Source: Clostridiales bacterium (lineage in GTDB: Bacteria > Bacillota > Clostridia > Christensenellales > UBA1242). From it: a stretch of DNA of 64,000 nucleotides. The position numbers and the translations under genes were made by a program. The notes under the pieces were generated by a model. The model was not told the DNA's origin. It made no database searches and worked only from the letters and a program-made list of their open reading frames with translations. This document shows, one piece after another, positions 36,584-45,599 of this stretch; within the stretch, counting starts at the first letter, position 1, and every line of letters begins with the position of its first letter. The DNA lies in assembly GCA_015069395.1 (NCBI GenBank), contig SVIR01000001.1, positions 27,268 through 91,267 of the forward strand. The letters run 5' to 3'.

Positions 36584-37522
36584 ATGGAATTTAAACATAT
36601 TCCCGTTATGCTAAATGAAGTTATTGACGGACTTGAAATAAAAAAAGACGGTGTTTATGTAGACTGCACAGTCGGGGGTGGTGGACATTCTTATGAAATT
36701 GTAAAAAGATTGACCACGGGACACTTGTTTGCGTTTGACAGAGATGTTGAAGCTATTGAAAAAAGCAAACAAACATTGAAAGAATTTGCTGACAAGACAA
36801 CCTTTGTAAAAGCAAATTATAAAGAAGCTCCGAGCATTTTGAAAGAGCAATTTGGAATAGAAAAAATTGATGGTTTTTTGATTGATCTAGGGGTTAGTTC
36901 ATATCAAATAGACGAAGGTGAAAGAGGGTTTAGCTTTGTAAACGATGGCCCTTTGGATATGAGAATGGATCAAGAAGAAGATGTAGAAACGGCATATGAG
37001 ATTGTAAATACATTTTCTTATGAAAAACTAGTAAAAATCTTTTTTGAATATGGCGAAGAAGAGTTTGCAAAACAGATAGCAAAAAATATTGTTTCTGCAA
37101 GAGAACAAAAAAAGATAGAGACAACTTTTGAGCTTAGAGAAATTATTGAAAACAGTTTGCCAAAGAAGATTGTATTCTCACGTGGAGGGGCGTCAAAAAA
37201 AGTTTTTCAAGCCTTGAGAATTTGTGTAAATAAAGAACTTGACGAATTGGATTTGCTTTTTTCTGAACTGGTCGATATGTTAAAAAAAGGTGGTAGAGGC
37301 TGTGTTTTAACTTTCCATAGTCTTGAAGATAGAATTGCAAAACAAGTTTTTAAACTTGAGAGTACAAGTTGTATTTGTCCACCAAGGACTCCAATATGTA
37401 TCTGTGGACATAAAGCAAAAATCAAACTCATAAACCGAAAACCAATTGTTGCAAGTGAAGCTGAGCAAAAGATTAATAGCCGTAGCACGTGTGCAAAACT
37501 TAGGGTGGTTGAAAGAATTTAA
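36584..37522 (+). CDS. rsmH: 16S rRNA (cytosine1402-N4)-methyltransferase RsmH (MraW)
   Basis: HIPVMLNEV...DCTVGGGGHS, DLGVSS.Q.D...RGFSF, FHSLEDR. Confidence 0.95.
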   Translation: MEFKHIPVMLNEVIDGLEIKKDGVYVDCTVGGGGHSYEIVKRLTTGHLFAFDRDVEAIEKSKQTLKEFADKTTFVKANYKEAPSILKEQFGIEKIDGFLIDLGVSSYQIDEGERGFSFVNDGPLDMRMDQEEDVETAYEIVNTFSYEKLVKIFFEYGEEEFAKQIAKNIVSAREQKKIETTFELREIIENSLPKKIVFSRGGASKKVFQALRICVNKELDELDLLFSELVDMLKKGGRGCVLTFHSLEDRIAKQVFKLESTSCICPPRTPICICGHKAKIKLINRKPIVASEAEQKINSRSTCAKLRVVERI

Positions 37523-37554
37523 AGAATATAAACAAAAGGAGGCCAATATAATAT

Positions 37555-38202
37555 ATGGACAGGCTTATAGCAGAAATAGAAACAGAAAAAAAGATTGAGC
37601 CAGAAGTTAAAGCTGAAGCTCATATTGAAGTTAAGAAACAGCCAAAGATTGAAGAGAATCCAGTAGCTGAATCGTATTTAAACTCCTTTAAAAATATTAC
37701 ATTGGCTGATGTAAAAAGAGAAAAAGAAAAAAAAGAGAAAGAGCTGTTTGAAGCAGAGAAAGAGGTTTTGATTGAACAACAATATCAAACCAAAGAGGAA
37801 GTGAAGCCTAGTCAAACAATTATAGAAAAACCCAACTATGATTTGATTGAAGAAAATCCAAAAATTGTCAAACTAAAACGAAAAGAAAAGACAATCAAAA
37901 AGAAGAGCAAAAAGGTTGCAGGATTGGTGTTGGCGTGTGTTTTGGGAGCAAGTGCGACAATTTGTATAGCCAACACAGTGATATTGGATAATATGAGCTC
38001 GTCATTTTCACAACTTGAAGATGTTTATAATATAAACCTTCAAAAATATTTGAATAATATCTACAATCTTGATACTACAAAGAAAAGTATGGAGATGCTT
38101 GAGACATATCCGGAAGATTTGTTGGAAGCAGGAGATTTTGGAGAAAAAACGAATTGGTTTGATACGCTCTGCAATTTCATAGGTGGAATTTTTGGAGGTT
38201 GA
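37555..38202 (+). CDS. Single-pass membrane protein in the FtsL position (putative divisome component)
   Basis: Charged N-terminal half, one TM (VAGLVLACVLGASATICIANTVIL) and a short extracellular tail. Lies between rsmH and the PBP. No sequence-level identification. Confidence 0.4.
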   Translation: MDRLIAEIETEKKIEPEVKAEAHIEVKKQPKIEENPVAESYLNSFKNITLADVKREKEKKEKELFEAEKEVLIEQQYQTKEEVKPSQTIIEKPNYDLIEENPKIVKLKRKEKTIKKKSKKVAGLVLACVLGASATICIANTVILDNMSSSFSQLEDVYNINLQKYLNNIYNLDTTKKSMEMLETYPEDLLEAGDFGEKTNWFDTLCNFIGGIFGG

Positions 38203-40103
38203 TTTTGAAAGTGCCTTACACCTTACATTCGTTGCAAAAGAGAATAAAGACAGTTTTACTGGTTTTGATATTTATCTTTTGTAGCCTTGGTGTAAGGCTT
38301 TTTGTTGTCCAAATTATCAATGGACAGTCGCTTCAACAAAAAGCAACTGACCAATGGACTAGACACTTGAAACTTACTGCTCCAAGAGGAACTATATATG
38401 ATTCTACGGGAGACACATTGGCAGTAAGTTATACGACTTATGATGTCTATGCAAGGGGCAGAGAAGTTTTTAATGTAGAGAAAACGGCAAAAACTTTAAG
38501 TAATATTTTGGGTATAGATTATGATAAGACAAAAGAAAAAGTATCTAGAAAGAATGTTTCTGAAGTTTTGCTTAAAATGCAAATTGACGAAGATGTAGCA
38601 GAAAAGATTTACAATGAAAAATTGGAAGGCGTTTATCTCAGTGAAAATGTTGGACGATATTACGTTTACGGAAATCTTTTAACGCAACTTTTGGGATTTA
38701 CTTCAATTGATAATGTTGGTCAGGCAGGATTAGAAGCTTATTTAAATGACTATCTAGTCGGAAAAGATGGATATAGTTATGTTCAGAGCGACTTACAAGG
38801 AAAAGAAATTGGTGGAAGTATTAGATATTATGTCGGTGGAACTGCTGGCAATGACGTAATCTTAACGGAAGACAGCAAAATGCAAATTTTGCTTGAGAGG
38901 GTTTTGGAAACTGCATATACAGAACAAAAAGCGAAGGCCATTACAGGAATTGTAATGAATGCAAAAACAGGCGAGATTGTTGCGATTTCTTCTAAGCCAA
39001 GTTTTGATTTAAATGAAGTGCCCCGTGATGATTTGAAAGCATTGTTTGAATATTCAAAAATGAAAGCCGTAACAGATTCGTTTGAGCCTGGCTCAACCTT
39101 TAAGATATTGACTTTGGCTGCGTCGCTTGAAGAAGGAGTAGTCTCTTTAGCCGATCATTTTTATTGCCCCGGGTACAGAATTTTTGATGGGCAGAGAATT
39201 AAATGTTGGAAGACAATTGGACATGGAAACCAAACATTAGAAGAGGCTTTTGCAAATTCGTGCAACTGTTGTTTTATGGATTTAGCACAAAGGTTGGGGG
39301 TAGATAGGTTTTATTATTATTTAGAAAAGTTTGGTGTTGGACAAAAAACAGGAATTACAATAAAGGGAGAAAGTGGAGGCATTGTTATGAACAAAGCAAA
39401 TGTCAAAACAGTTGACCTTGCGAGAATGGGGTTTGGCCATGCTATTGCAGTGACGCCAATACAACTTTTGACAATTGTTGCTGGCATAACAAATGGAGGA
39501 ATAAGAAATACTCCAACGGTTGTAAAAGAAATAGTTTCGTCGTCTAGCGAAGCGTTGTATAAACCACAAACAAACAAAAAAAGAATTGTTTCAGAACAGA
39601 CGAGCAAGATTATCAATCAAATGTTGCAAAAAGCTGAAAACAAATTGGCCGACTATAGTTTTGTAGAGGGATATAATGTCGGAGGAAAAACGGGTACTGC
39701 TCAAAAGTACGACGAGACAGGAAAGATTGCAAATGGAAAATATATTTCAAGTTTTATTGGAACTTATCCTGCAGACAACCCACAATATCTTTTTATGATT
39801 ATGGTAGACGAACCAAGCGCAGGAGCTTATTACGGATCTTTGGTTGCGGCCCCTTATGGAAAGATGTTTTTTTCTAAGATGTTTGAGTTTTACAATATTC
39901 CGAAAGACGACCAAAGCGTCAAGATTGAAGAGACTATAATGCCTCAAGTTACTGGTATGAGTCTTGCCAATGCAGTCGCACAGATCAAAAAAGCCGAACT
40001 GGAATATGAAATTGACGGATGCGGTGGAGTGATCAAAAATCAATTGCCTCCAGCTGGAACAATTTTACAAAAAGGAAGCACTGTTTTGTTGGTGACAAAC
40101 TAA
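38199..40103 (+). CDS. Class B penicillin-binding protein (FtsI/PBP2B-type) with C-terminal PASTA domain
   Basis: N-terminal TM, SxxK (STFK), SxN (SCN), KTG (KTGT). The C-terminal ~60 aa follow a PASTA-like pattern. The track start is a TTG. Confidence 0.9.
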   Translation: MILKVPYTLHSLQKRIKTVLLVLIFIFCSLGVRLFVVQIINGQSLQQKATDQWTRHLKLTAPRGTIYDSTGDTLAVSYTTYDVYARGREVFNVEKTAKTLSNILGIDYDKTKEKVSRKNVSEVLLKMQIDEDVAEKIYNEKLEGVYLSENVGRYYVYGNLLTQLLGFTSIDNVGQAGLEAYLNDYLVGKDGYSYVQSDLQGKEIGGSIRYYVGGTAGNDVILTEDSKMQILLERVLETAYTEQKAKAITGIVMNAKTGEIVAISSKPSFDLNEVPRDDLKALFEYSKMKAVTDSFEPGSTFKILTLAASLEEGVVSLADHFYCPGYRIFDGQRIKCWKTIGHGNQTLEEAFANSCNCCFMDLAQRLGVDRFYYYLEKFGVGQKTGITIKGESGGIVMNKANVKTVDLARMGFGHAIAVTPIQLLTIVAGITNGGIRNTPTVVKEIVSSSSEALYKPQTNKKRIVSEQTSKIINQMLQKAENKLADYSFVEGYNVGGKTGTAQKYDETGKIANGKYISSFIGTYPADNPQYLFMIMVDEPSAGAYYGSLVAAPYGKMFFSKMFEFYNIPKDDQSVKIEETIMPQVTGMSLANAVAQIKKAELEYEIDGCGGVIKNQLPPAGTILQKGSTVLLVTN

Positions 40104-40161
40104 CTTAGAAAATGCAAAAATTTTTGTTGCTTAAAACAAAGATTTTTATTATACTATATAT

Positions 40162-40890
40162 ATGTTAACTTATATTTTAATCGGTGTAGCAGTAGGATTT
40201 GTTTTGTTGTTGTGTTTTTGTTTAGCAATAGCAAATTTTTCATTCGATAATTACAACGAAAAATTGCAACAACTAGATGGGGTCAAAAATTCTTATAATA
40301 TTACAACAAGGGATTATGTAGCTGCCATAAATCACAAATATTTCAAAGACACTTTAAGGCTTGCAAGTTGTCCAAAATATTATGACAACTATTCTAAGAA
40401 AACGATTTCTTTGAGTGCAGAAACGATGTTTTCAAATGGGTTAGCGTCGCTTTCTATTGTTTCTCACGAATTAGGGCATGCAAGACAAGATGCAACCGGG
40501 GATAAACTTCAAAAACATTGGCAATTGAGAAAAGTAGGAAGAATTATTGGTAGACTTTTTCTTCCATTAATTTTGATAGGTATAATTTTGAGCGTACTGA
40601 ATGTCTTTGAAGTGCTCAATCATTTGGCTGTTTTAATTGTCGGAGGGGTTTGTTTAGGATTAGGGGTTTTGATATTTTTCTTTGCAATAATATTGAAGTA
40701 TAAAGAAATTAAGATAGAAAGAGAAGCGTCAGATTTTGCGATAGAATATCTTTCAGAAATTCTGACGGAGAATGAAATAAAAACTTGCAAAGAATTTTTA
40801 AAAAGTGCAAGATTGACTTATTGGGCAAGTTTGATAAAAGTTTTGTTTGGCTGGACATTTTTGACTAAAAAAGAAAAGATGTTTTACTAG
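40162..40890 (+). CDS. Membrane zinc metallopeptidase (YugP-like)
   Basis: HELGHA zinc motif flanked by TM segments. Confidence 0.65.
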   Translation: MLTYILIGVAVGFVLLLCFCLAIANFSFDNYNEKLQQLDGVKNSYNITTRDYVAAINHKYFKDTLRLASCPKYYDNYSKKTISLSAETMFSNGLASLSIVSHELGHARQDATGDKLQKHWQLRKVGRIIGRLFLPLILIGIILSVLNVFEVLNHLAVLIVGGVCLGLGVLIFFFAIILKYKEIKIEREASDFAIEYLSEILTENEIKTCKEFLKSARLTYWASLIKVLFGWTFLTKKEKMFY

Positions 40891-41063
40891 CCTTGAACAT
40901 CGTCTTTGCAAATAAAACTTTTGCAATAATGAGGTGGGCGATCATTATTAGAATCCCCTTTCGACACCTCGATCATACTTCGATTACACTCACAACCGTT
41001 TTGATGGTAGATGCATTCAGAAACATTACATTTGACACCTTTGTTTGCAAAATCCATTTTTCA
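40887..41063 (-). CDS. Small Cys-rich DUF1540-like protein (start codon problematic)
   Basis: The minus-strand frame reads ..GVKCNVSECIYHQNGCECNRSMIEVSKGDSNNDRPPHYCKSFICKDDVQG. The only in-frame start is a GTG inside the GAGGTG Shine-Dalgarno. The well-placed ATG (41054-41056) is one nt out of frame. Confidence 0.45.
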
Positions 41064-41220
41064 CCTCTTAAAAATATTTTGTGCCTTTTTTTTTAAAAAT
41101 AATCATTAAAAAAATTTTTGAGAATATAATATTTTTAAGGATAAATTGTTGACATTGTAATTTTAAAAAGTTAAAATGAAAATGTAACAAAGATTACAAA
41201 TAAAAAAAGGAGAAAAAGGA

Positions 41221-41442
41221 ATGGCAAAGAAATCAGATTACTTTGGTTTGGGCTATATCGTAAGTCTTATTCTTGCGATCATCCCTGTAACATCTTGGAT
41301 TTGTGGATTTATCACAAGATTCCAAGAAGGAAAAATTGTTGCAGGACTTGTCAGATTGATTTTTGGTTTCACTATTGTTTGGCTTGTTGATCTTATTCTT
41401 ATGATCGTAAGCAAACACATTTTGAGACTCATAAATTGTTAA
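41221..41442 (+). CDS. Small two-TM membrane protein
   Basis: 73 aa with two hydrophobic helices and a good RBS (AAGGAGAAAAAGGA). A terminator follows. Confidence 0.55.
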   Translation: MAKKSDYFGLGYIVSLILAIIPVTSWICGFITRFQEGKIVAGLVRLIFGFTIVWLVDLILMIVSKHILRLINC

Positions 41443-41503
41443 TCTCGATACAAATAAAAAAACACCTTAAAAATAGGTGTTTTTTTATTGACGTTTTATA
41501 ATT

Positions 41504-42898
41504 TTAAAACTTAATTTTTTCAGAGATATATTTTTCAAGTTGGTCAATATGAAGTCTAACTTGTTCCATTGTATCTCTATCGCGAATAGTTACGGCGTCG
41601 TCTTCTAAAGTATCAAAGTCGATAGTTACACAGAAAGGAGTTCCGATTTCGTCTTGACGGCGATATCTTTTTCCGATAGAGCCTGCTTCGTCATATGTGC
41701 AAGCAAACTTTTTGATTAGTTGAGCATAAACTTCTTCTGCTTTTTCACTTAATTTCTTTGAAAGTGGAAGAATTGCGACTTTGTAAGGAGCTAAGTGAGG
41801 TGCTAATTTCAACACAACTCTTGTATCGCCTTCTCCAACTTGTTCTTCATTATAAGCAGCGCACAAAACTGTTAAAAACATTCTATCTACACCGAGAGAA
41901 GGTTCAATAACATAAGGAACATAAGATTTGTTTGTAACGGGATCTAAATATGTGAGTTCTTGTCTGCTCTCTTTTGCGTGTTGAGTCAAATCGTAATCTG
42001 TTCTGTCAGCAATCCCCCAAAGTTCGCCCCAACCAAATGGAAAACGATATTCAAAATCGGTTGTCGCTTTTGAATAGAAACAAAGTTCTTCTTGAGAATG
42101 GTCTCTCAATCGCAAATCGTTTTCATTGATACCCATAGAAATCAACCATTCTTTACAGAAGTTTCTCCAATAAGCAAACCATTCAAGGTCTGTGCCAGGT
42201 TCGCAGAAAAATTCGAGTTCCATTTGTTCGAATTCTCTTGTTCTAAAGATAAAGTTTCCTGGTGTGATTTCGTTTCTAAAAGATTTACCGATTTGTCCAA
42301 CGCCCAAAGGCATTCTGCTTCTTGTTGTTCTCAATATATTCTTAAAATTAACGAAAATTCCTTGTGCTGTTTCAGGTCTTAAATAAATAGTGCTTGTACT
42401 TTCTTCAGTAACACCTTGAAAAGTTTTAAACATCAAGTTAAATTTTCTGATATTTGTAAAGTCGCTTTTTCCACAAATAGGACATTTTACTTTGTTTTCA
42501 AAAATAAAATCTTCCATTTTCTTATCGTCAGTTTCCCAACCGGCAATATTAATGTCCAAATTGTTGTCTTTTACATAATCTTCAATCAATTTGTCTGCTC
42601 TATGTCTTGATTTACAACTTTTGCAATCCATAAGTGGGTCTGAAAAACCACCCAAGTGGCCAGAAGCTTTCCACACTCTTGGATTCATTAAAATTGCGCT
42701 ATCCAAACCTACATTGTATTTACATTCGGTTACAAACTTTTGCCACCAAGCTTTTTTGATGTTGTTTTTAAGCTCTACACCCAATGGGCCATAATCCCAA
42801 GTGTTTGCTAAACCTTCGTAAATTTCGCTTCCAGGAAAAACAAAACCTCTTCCTTTGCACAAATTTACAATTTTGTCCATAGTAATTTTTTCGTCCAT
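41504..42898 (-). CDS. glyQS: Glycine--tRNA ligase (single-chain, class II)
   Basis: 464 aa. N-terminal KRRGF-type region ([25 protein letters not shown]) and class II motifs ([11 protein letters not shown]). Confidence 0.95.
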   Translation of the reverse strand: MDEKITMDKIVNLCKGRGFVFPGSEIYEGLANTWDYGPLGVELKNNIKKAWWQKFVTECKYNVGLDSAILMNPRVWKASGHLGGFSDPLMDCKSCKSRHRADKLIEDYVKDNNLDINIAGWETDDKKMEDFIFENKVKCPICGKSDFTNIRKFNLMFKTFQGVTEESTSTIYLRPETAQGIFVNFKNILRTTRSRMPLGVGQIGKSFRNEITPGNFIFRTREFEQMELEFFCEPGTDLEWFAYWRNFCKEWLISMGINENDLRLRDHSQEELCFYSKATTDFEYRFPFGWGELWGIADRTDYDLTQHAKESRQELTYLDPVTNKSYVPYVIEPSLGVDRMFLTVLCAAYNEEQVGEGDTRVVLKLAPHLAPYKVAILPLSKKLSEKAEEVYAQLIKKFACTYDEAGSIGKRYRRQDEIGTPFCVTIDFDTLEDDAVTIRDRDTMEQVRLHIDQLEKYISEKIKF

Positions 42899-42926
42899 AA
42901 AAACCTCCTAAACTTTTTTTGGGCAT

Positions 42927-43068
42927 AAAAAAACGCCCTTATGTCTTTTGACATAGGGGCGACTATTAACCGCTGTTCCACCCTATTTCGCAAGAGATTC
43001 TTGCCTTCATTAAGTCTTTTCGCCGACTAGCGTATGATTCGGGAGTTGCCAGTTCCGTCATTACCATA
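42927..43068 (-). promoter_or_regulatory. T-box leader (glycine) with terminator/antiterminator
   Basis: On the minus strand, the T-box sequence AAATAGGGTGGAACAGCGG is at complement 42970-42988. The antiterminator can form as AGGG/CCCT plus GCG/CGC. The competing terminator CGCCCCTATGTC-aaaa-GACATAAGGGCG plus T7 is at 42927-42961. GGC triplets each followed by A lie at 43048-43050 and 43003-43005. Confidence 0.8.
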
Positions 43069-43074
43069 TGTATA

Positions 43075-43103
43075 AGTATATTATCAAAAACCTAAAAAGT
43101 CAA
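43075..43103 (-). promoter_or_regulatory. Sigma-A type promoter of the glyQS leader
   Basis: On the minus strand: TTGACT, 17 nt, TATACT. Confidence 0.5.
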
Positions 43104-43170
43104 TAAAATTTTGAAATATTATTTATCTTAGTAGAGTTGAGATATTAAAAAATACGGATTATCCGTATTT

Positions 43171-44754
43171 TTAATTGTTTTTAAATTTTTCCATATATTC
43201 TTCATAAGACATTTGCTTGTCGATTATCGTATTCTCGTCAACGATATCAATAATTCTGTTTGCAACGGTTTCAATAATTTCTTGGTCACCGGTAGCAAAC
43301 AACATTGCGCCTTTGAAGTTTATCATTCCCTTGTTGAGAGAGGTGATGCTTTCAAGATCAAGATGGTTTGTAGGTTCGTCAAGCATCAAAAAGTTTCCTG
43401 ATTCAAGCATAAGTTTTGCAAGCATACATCTCACCTTTTCTCCACCAGACAATACGTTTACTTCTTTCAAACTTTCTTCTCCAGAGAAAAGCATTCTTCC
43501 AAGCCAGCCTCTTACATAGCTTTCAGTTTTGTCTTTTGAATATTGTCTAAGCCAATCGACAATGCTGAGGTGGCAATCGTCAAAGTATTCTCTATTGTCT
43601 TGAGGAAGATAAGAATATTTGATTGTTTTTCCAAAGCGAATCATGCCACTGTCGGCATCTTCTTTTCCGGCTAAGATGTTGAAAAGGGTAGTCAAAACCA
43701 AGCTGTTTGAGGATAGAATTGCAATTTTTTGTCCGTGCTCTACTGTAAATGAAAGGTTTTTAAACATTCCGGCTTTGGTCAATTTTTCTACTTTTAAGAT
43801 CTCTTTTCCAATTTCTTGTTCATATTTAAAGTCAACATATGGATATTTTCTAGAAGAAGGTTTAAAATCTTCAATAGTCAATTTTTCTAATTCTTTCTTT
43901 CGGCTGGTTGCTTGTTTAGATTTTGAAGCATTTGCAGAGAATCTTGCAATAAAGTCTTTCAACTCTTTTGCTCTTTGTTCGGCCTTCTTGTTTTGTTCTT
44001 TAGCTTGCCTTGCTAAAAGTTGGCTTGTTTCGTACCAGAAATCATAATTCCCTAAATACATATTAATTTCGCCAAAATCTACATCACAGATATGTGTGCA
44101 AACTTTATTTAAAAAGTGTCTGTTGTGAGAAACGATAATTACGATGTTTTCAAAGTCAAGTAAGAAGTTTTCGAGCCATCTGATTGTTTTAAAGTCGAGA
44201 TTGTTTGTCGGTTCGTCTAAAACCAAAATATCTGGGTTTCCAAACAGAGCTTGTGCGAGCAATACTTTCACCTTTATTTTTGAATCAAGAGTAGACATTA
44301 GGTCATAAAAACACGACTCTTCAACTCCAAGGTTTTGCAAAAGAGACTTTGCTTCTCCCTCTGCTTCCCATCCACCAAGTTCGGCAAATTCTGTTTCAAG
44401 TTCGCCGGCACGAATACCGTCTTCGTCGCTAAAGTCTGGTTTTGCATAAAGTTCGTCTTTTTCTTTTTGAATTTCCATCAATCTTTTATGTCCAAGCAAA
44501 ACTGTGTCTAAAACTGTTTCATTGTCATATTTGTTTTGATTTTGTTCTAATACAGACATTCTTTCTCCAGGAGTAACAACAATCTCTCCTGTATTAGGCT
44601 CAATTTCGCCGGTCAAAATTTTCAAAAATGTAGATTTGCCGGCTCCGTTTGCGCCGATAATGCCATAACAATTGCCTTTTGTAAATTTTAAATTTACTTC
44701 TTTGTATAAAGTTCTTCCACCAAATGCGAGTGAAACGTTGATTGCTTGTATCAT
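43171..44754 (-). CDS. ABC-F family ATPase (two ABC domains, no TM domain)
   Basis: Two Walker A sites (the first is GANGAGKST), two LSGGE signatures and an inter-domain linker with a KEQNKKAEQRAKELKDF coiled segment. Confidence 0.9.
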   Translation of the reverse strand: MIQAINVSLAFGGRTLYKEVNLKFTKGNCYGIIGANGAGKSTFLKILTGEIEPNTGEIVVTPGERMSVLEQNQNKYDNETVLDTVLLGHKRLMEIQKEKDELYAKPDFSDEDGIRAGELETEFAELGGWEAEGEAKSLLQNLGVEESCFYDLMSTLDSKIKVKVLLAQALFGNPDILVLDEPTNNLDFKTIRWLENFLLDFENIVIIVSHNRHFLNKVCTHICDVDFGEINMYLGNYDFWYETSQLLARQAKEQNKKAEQRAKELKDFIARFSANASKSKQATSRKKELEKLTIEDFKPSSRKYPYVDFKYEQEIGKEILKVEKLTKAGMFKNLSFTVEHGQKIAILSSNSLVLTTLFNILAGKEDADSGMIRFGKTIKYSYLPQDNREYFDDCHLSIVDWLRQYSKDKTESYVRGWLGRMLFSGEESLKEVNVLSGGEKVRCMLAKLMLESGNFLMLDEPTNHLDLESITSLNKGMINFKGAMLFATGDQEIIETVANRIIDIVDENTIIDKQMSYEEYMEKFKNN

Positions 44755-45410
44755 TCTTTCTCCTTTTGAGCTGATGCCATTTGAATTTTTCTTCTTGGTT
44801 TTGCAACAGTTGCTTTTGTTTTTTCGGCAGGTTTAGTTTTTGTAGCTAGTCTTGTTGCAACCGTTTTCTGTTCTTTTTGTTTTTTCTTTTCAATAAGTTT
44901 AAGTTTTTCGATGTAAGAGAGGGTATATTTTTCTTCGAAGTCTGAAGGAAGTTTTGAAAGGTCAAAAGATTCATTAAAAAGATCTTCAAGTTTTTCAAAC
45001 ATTACTGGATCTATTTTTATAATTTCTTGAAAAGCCGAGTTTTCGCTGAAGTCAAAATTTTTAAAATCTTTCAAAATTGCTTGAGACAGTCTTAACCTTA
45101 CTTCAATGTAAAAATCAAATTTTTGTGAAAAAACTATAGAAAATTGATTAAATTTTTGATTTTTTTTGATATTTTTGATATTTTTTATTGAATTTTTTAA
45201 TTTTTTCTTAATTATTTTTTTGTCGTCAAAAATAAAATCAGGAAGTTTTACAAATTCTTCTATTTGTGACATTTCCAATCTTTCTTTAATTTTTTCTTCT
45301 GTAAATACAAAATCTGAAGGCAATGGATTGTAGCCTTTTGTTTTAAACAAATTTCCTAATTTTGGGCTGATTAGGTTTAAATAATTCAAAATTTCCAAAT
45401 TCTTGCTCAT
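44751..45410 (-). CDS. Hypothetical protein with Lys-rich C-terminal tail
   Basis: 219 aa. The stop overlaps the ABC-F start in an ATGA junction. No recognisable domain. Confidence 0.55.
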   Translation of the reverse strand: MSKNLEILNYLNLISPKLGNLFKTKGYNPLPSDFVFTEEKIKERLEMSQIEEFVKLPDFIFDDKKIIKKKLKNSIKNIKNIKKNQKFNQFSIVFSQKFDFYIEVRLRLSQAILKDFKNFDFSENSAFQEIIKIDPVMFEKLEDLFNESFDLSKLPSDFEEKYTLSYIEKLKLIEKKKQKEQKTVATRLATKTKPAEKTKATVAKPRRKIQMASAQKEKE

Positions 45411-45503
45411 AGAAATGATTATAAAACAAAATCGCCTCTATGTCAACTCAAAAAAATAAAAATAAATTATATAAATATTATTTAAAAAATTGAGTTTAAT
45501 TGT

Positions 45504-45532
45504 TTGGAAAAAAACAAGAAAAAATGTATAAT
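45504..45532 (+). promoter_or_regulatory. Sigma-A type promoter of the giant gene
   Basis: TTGGAA, 17 nt, TATAAT, about 70 nt upstream of the ATG at 45600. Confidence 0.45.
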
Positions 45533-45599
45533 TAAATTGTCGAAAAATGCAAACAATATTTTTAAAATATTGGACAAAAATTTATCGTTTGGAGTTCGT

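Noticed and set aside
40893-41096. 67-aa plus-strand ORF
   Set aside because: It is antisense to the DUF1540-like frame, which has a far more protein-like, Cys-patterned translation.
45504-45599. 32-codon N-terminal extension of the giant ORF in the track (TTG start)
   Set aside because: It overlaps the predicted promoter. The ATG at 45600 has a GGAG RBS and starts a canonical signal anchor.
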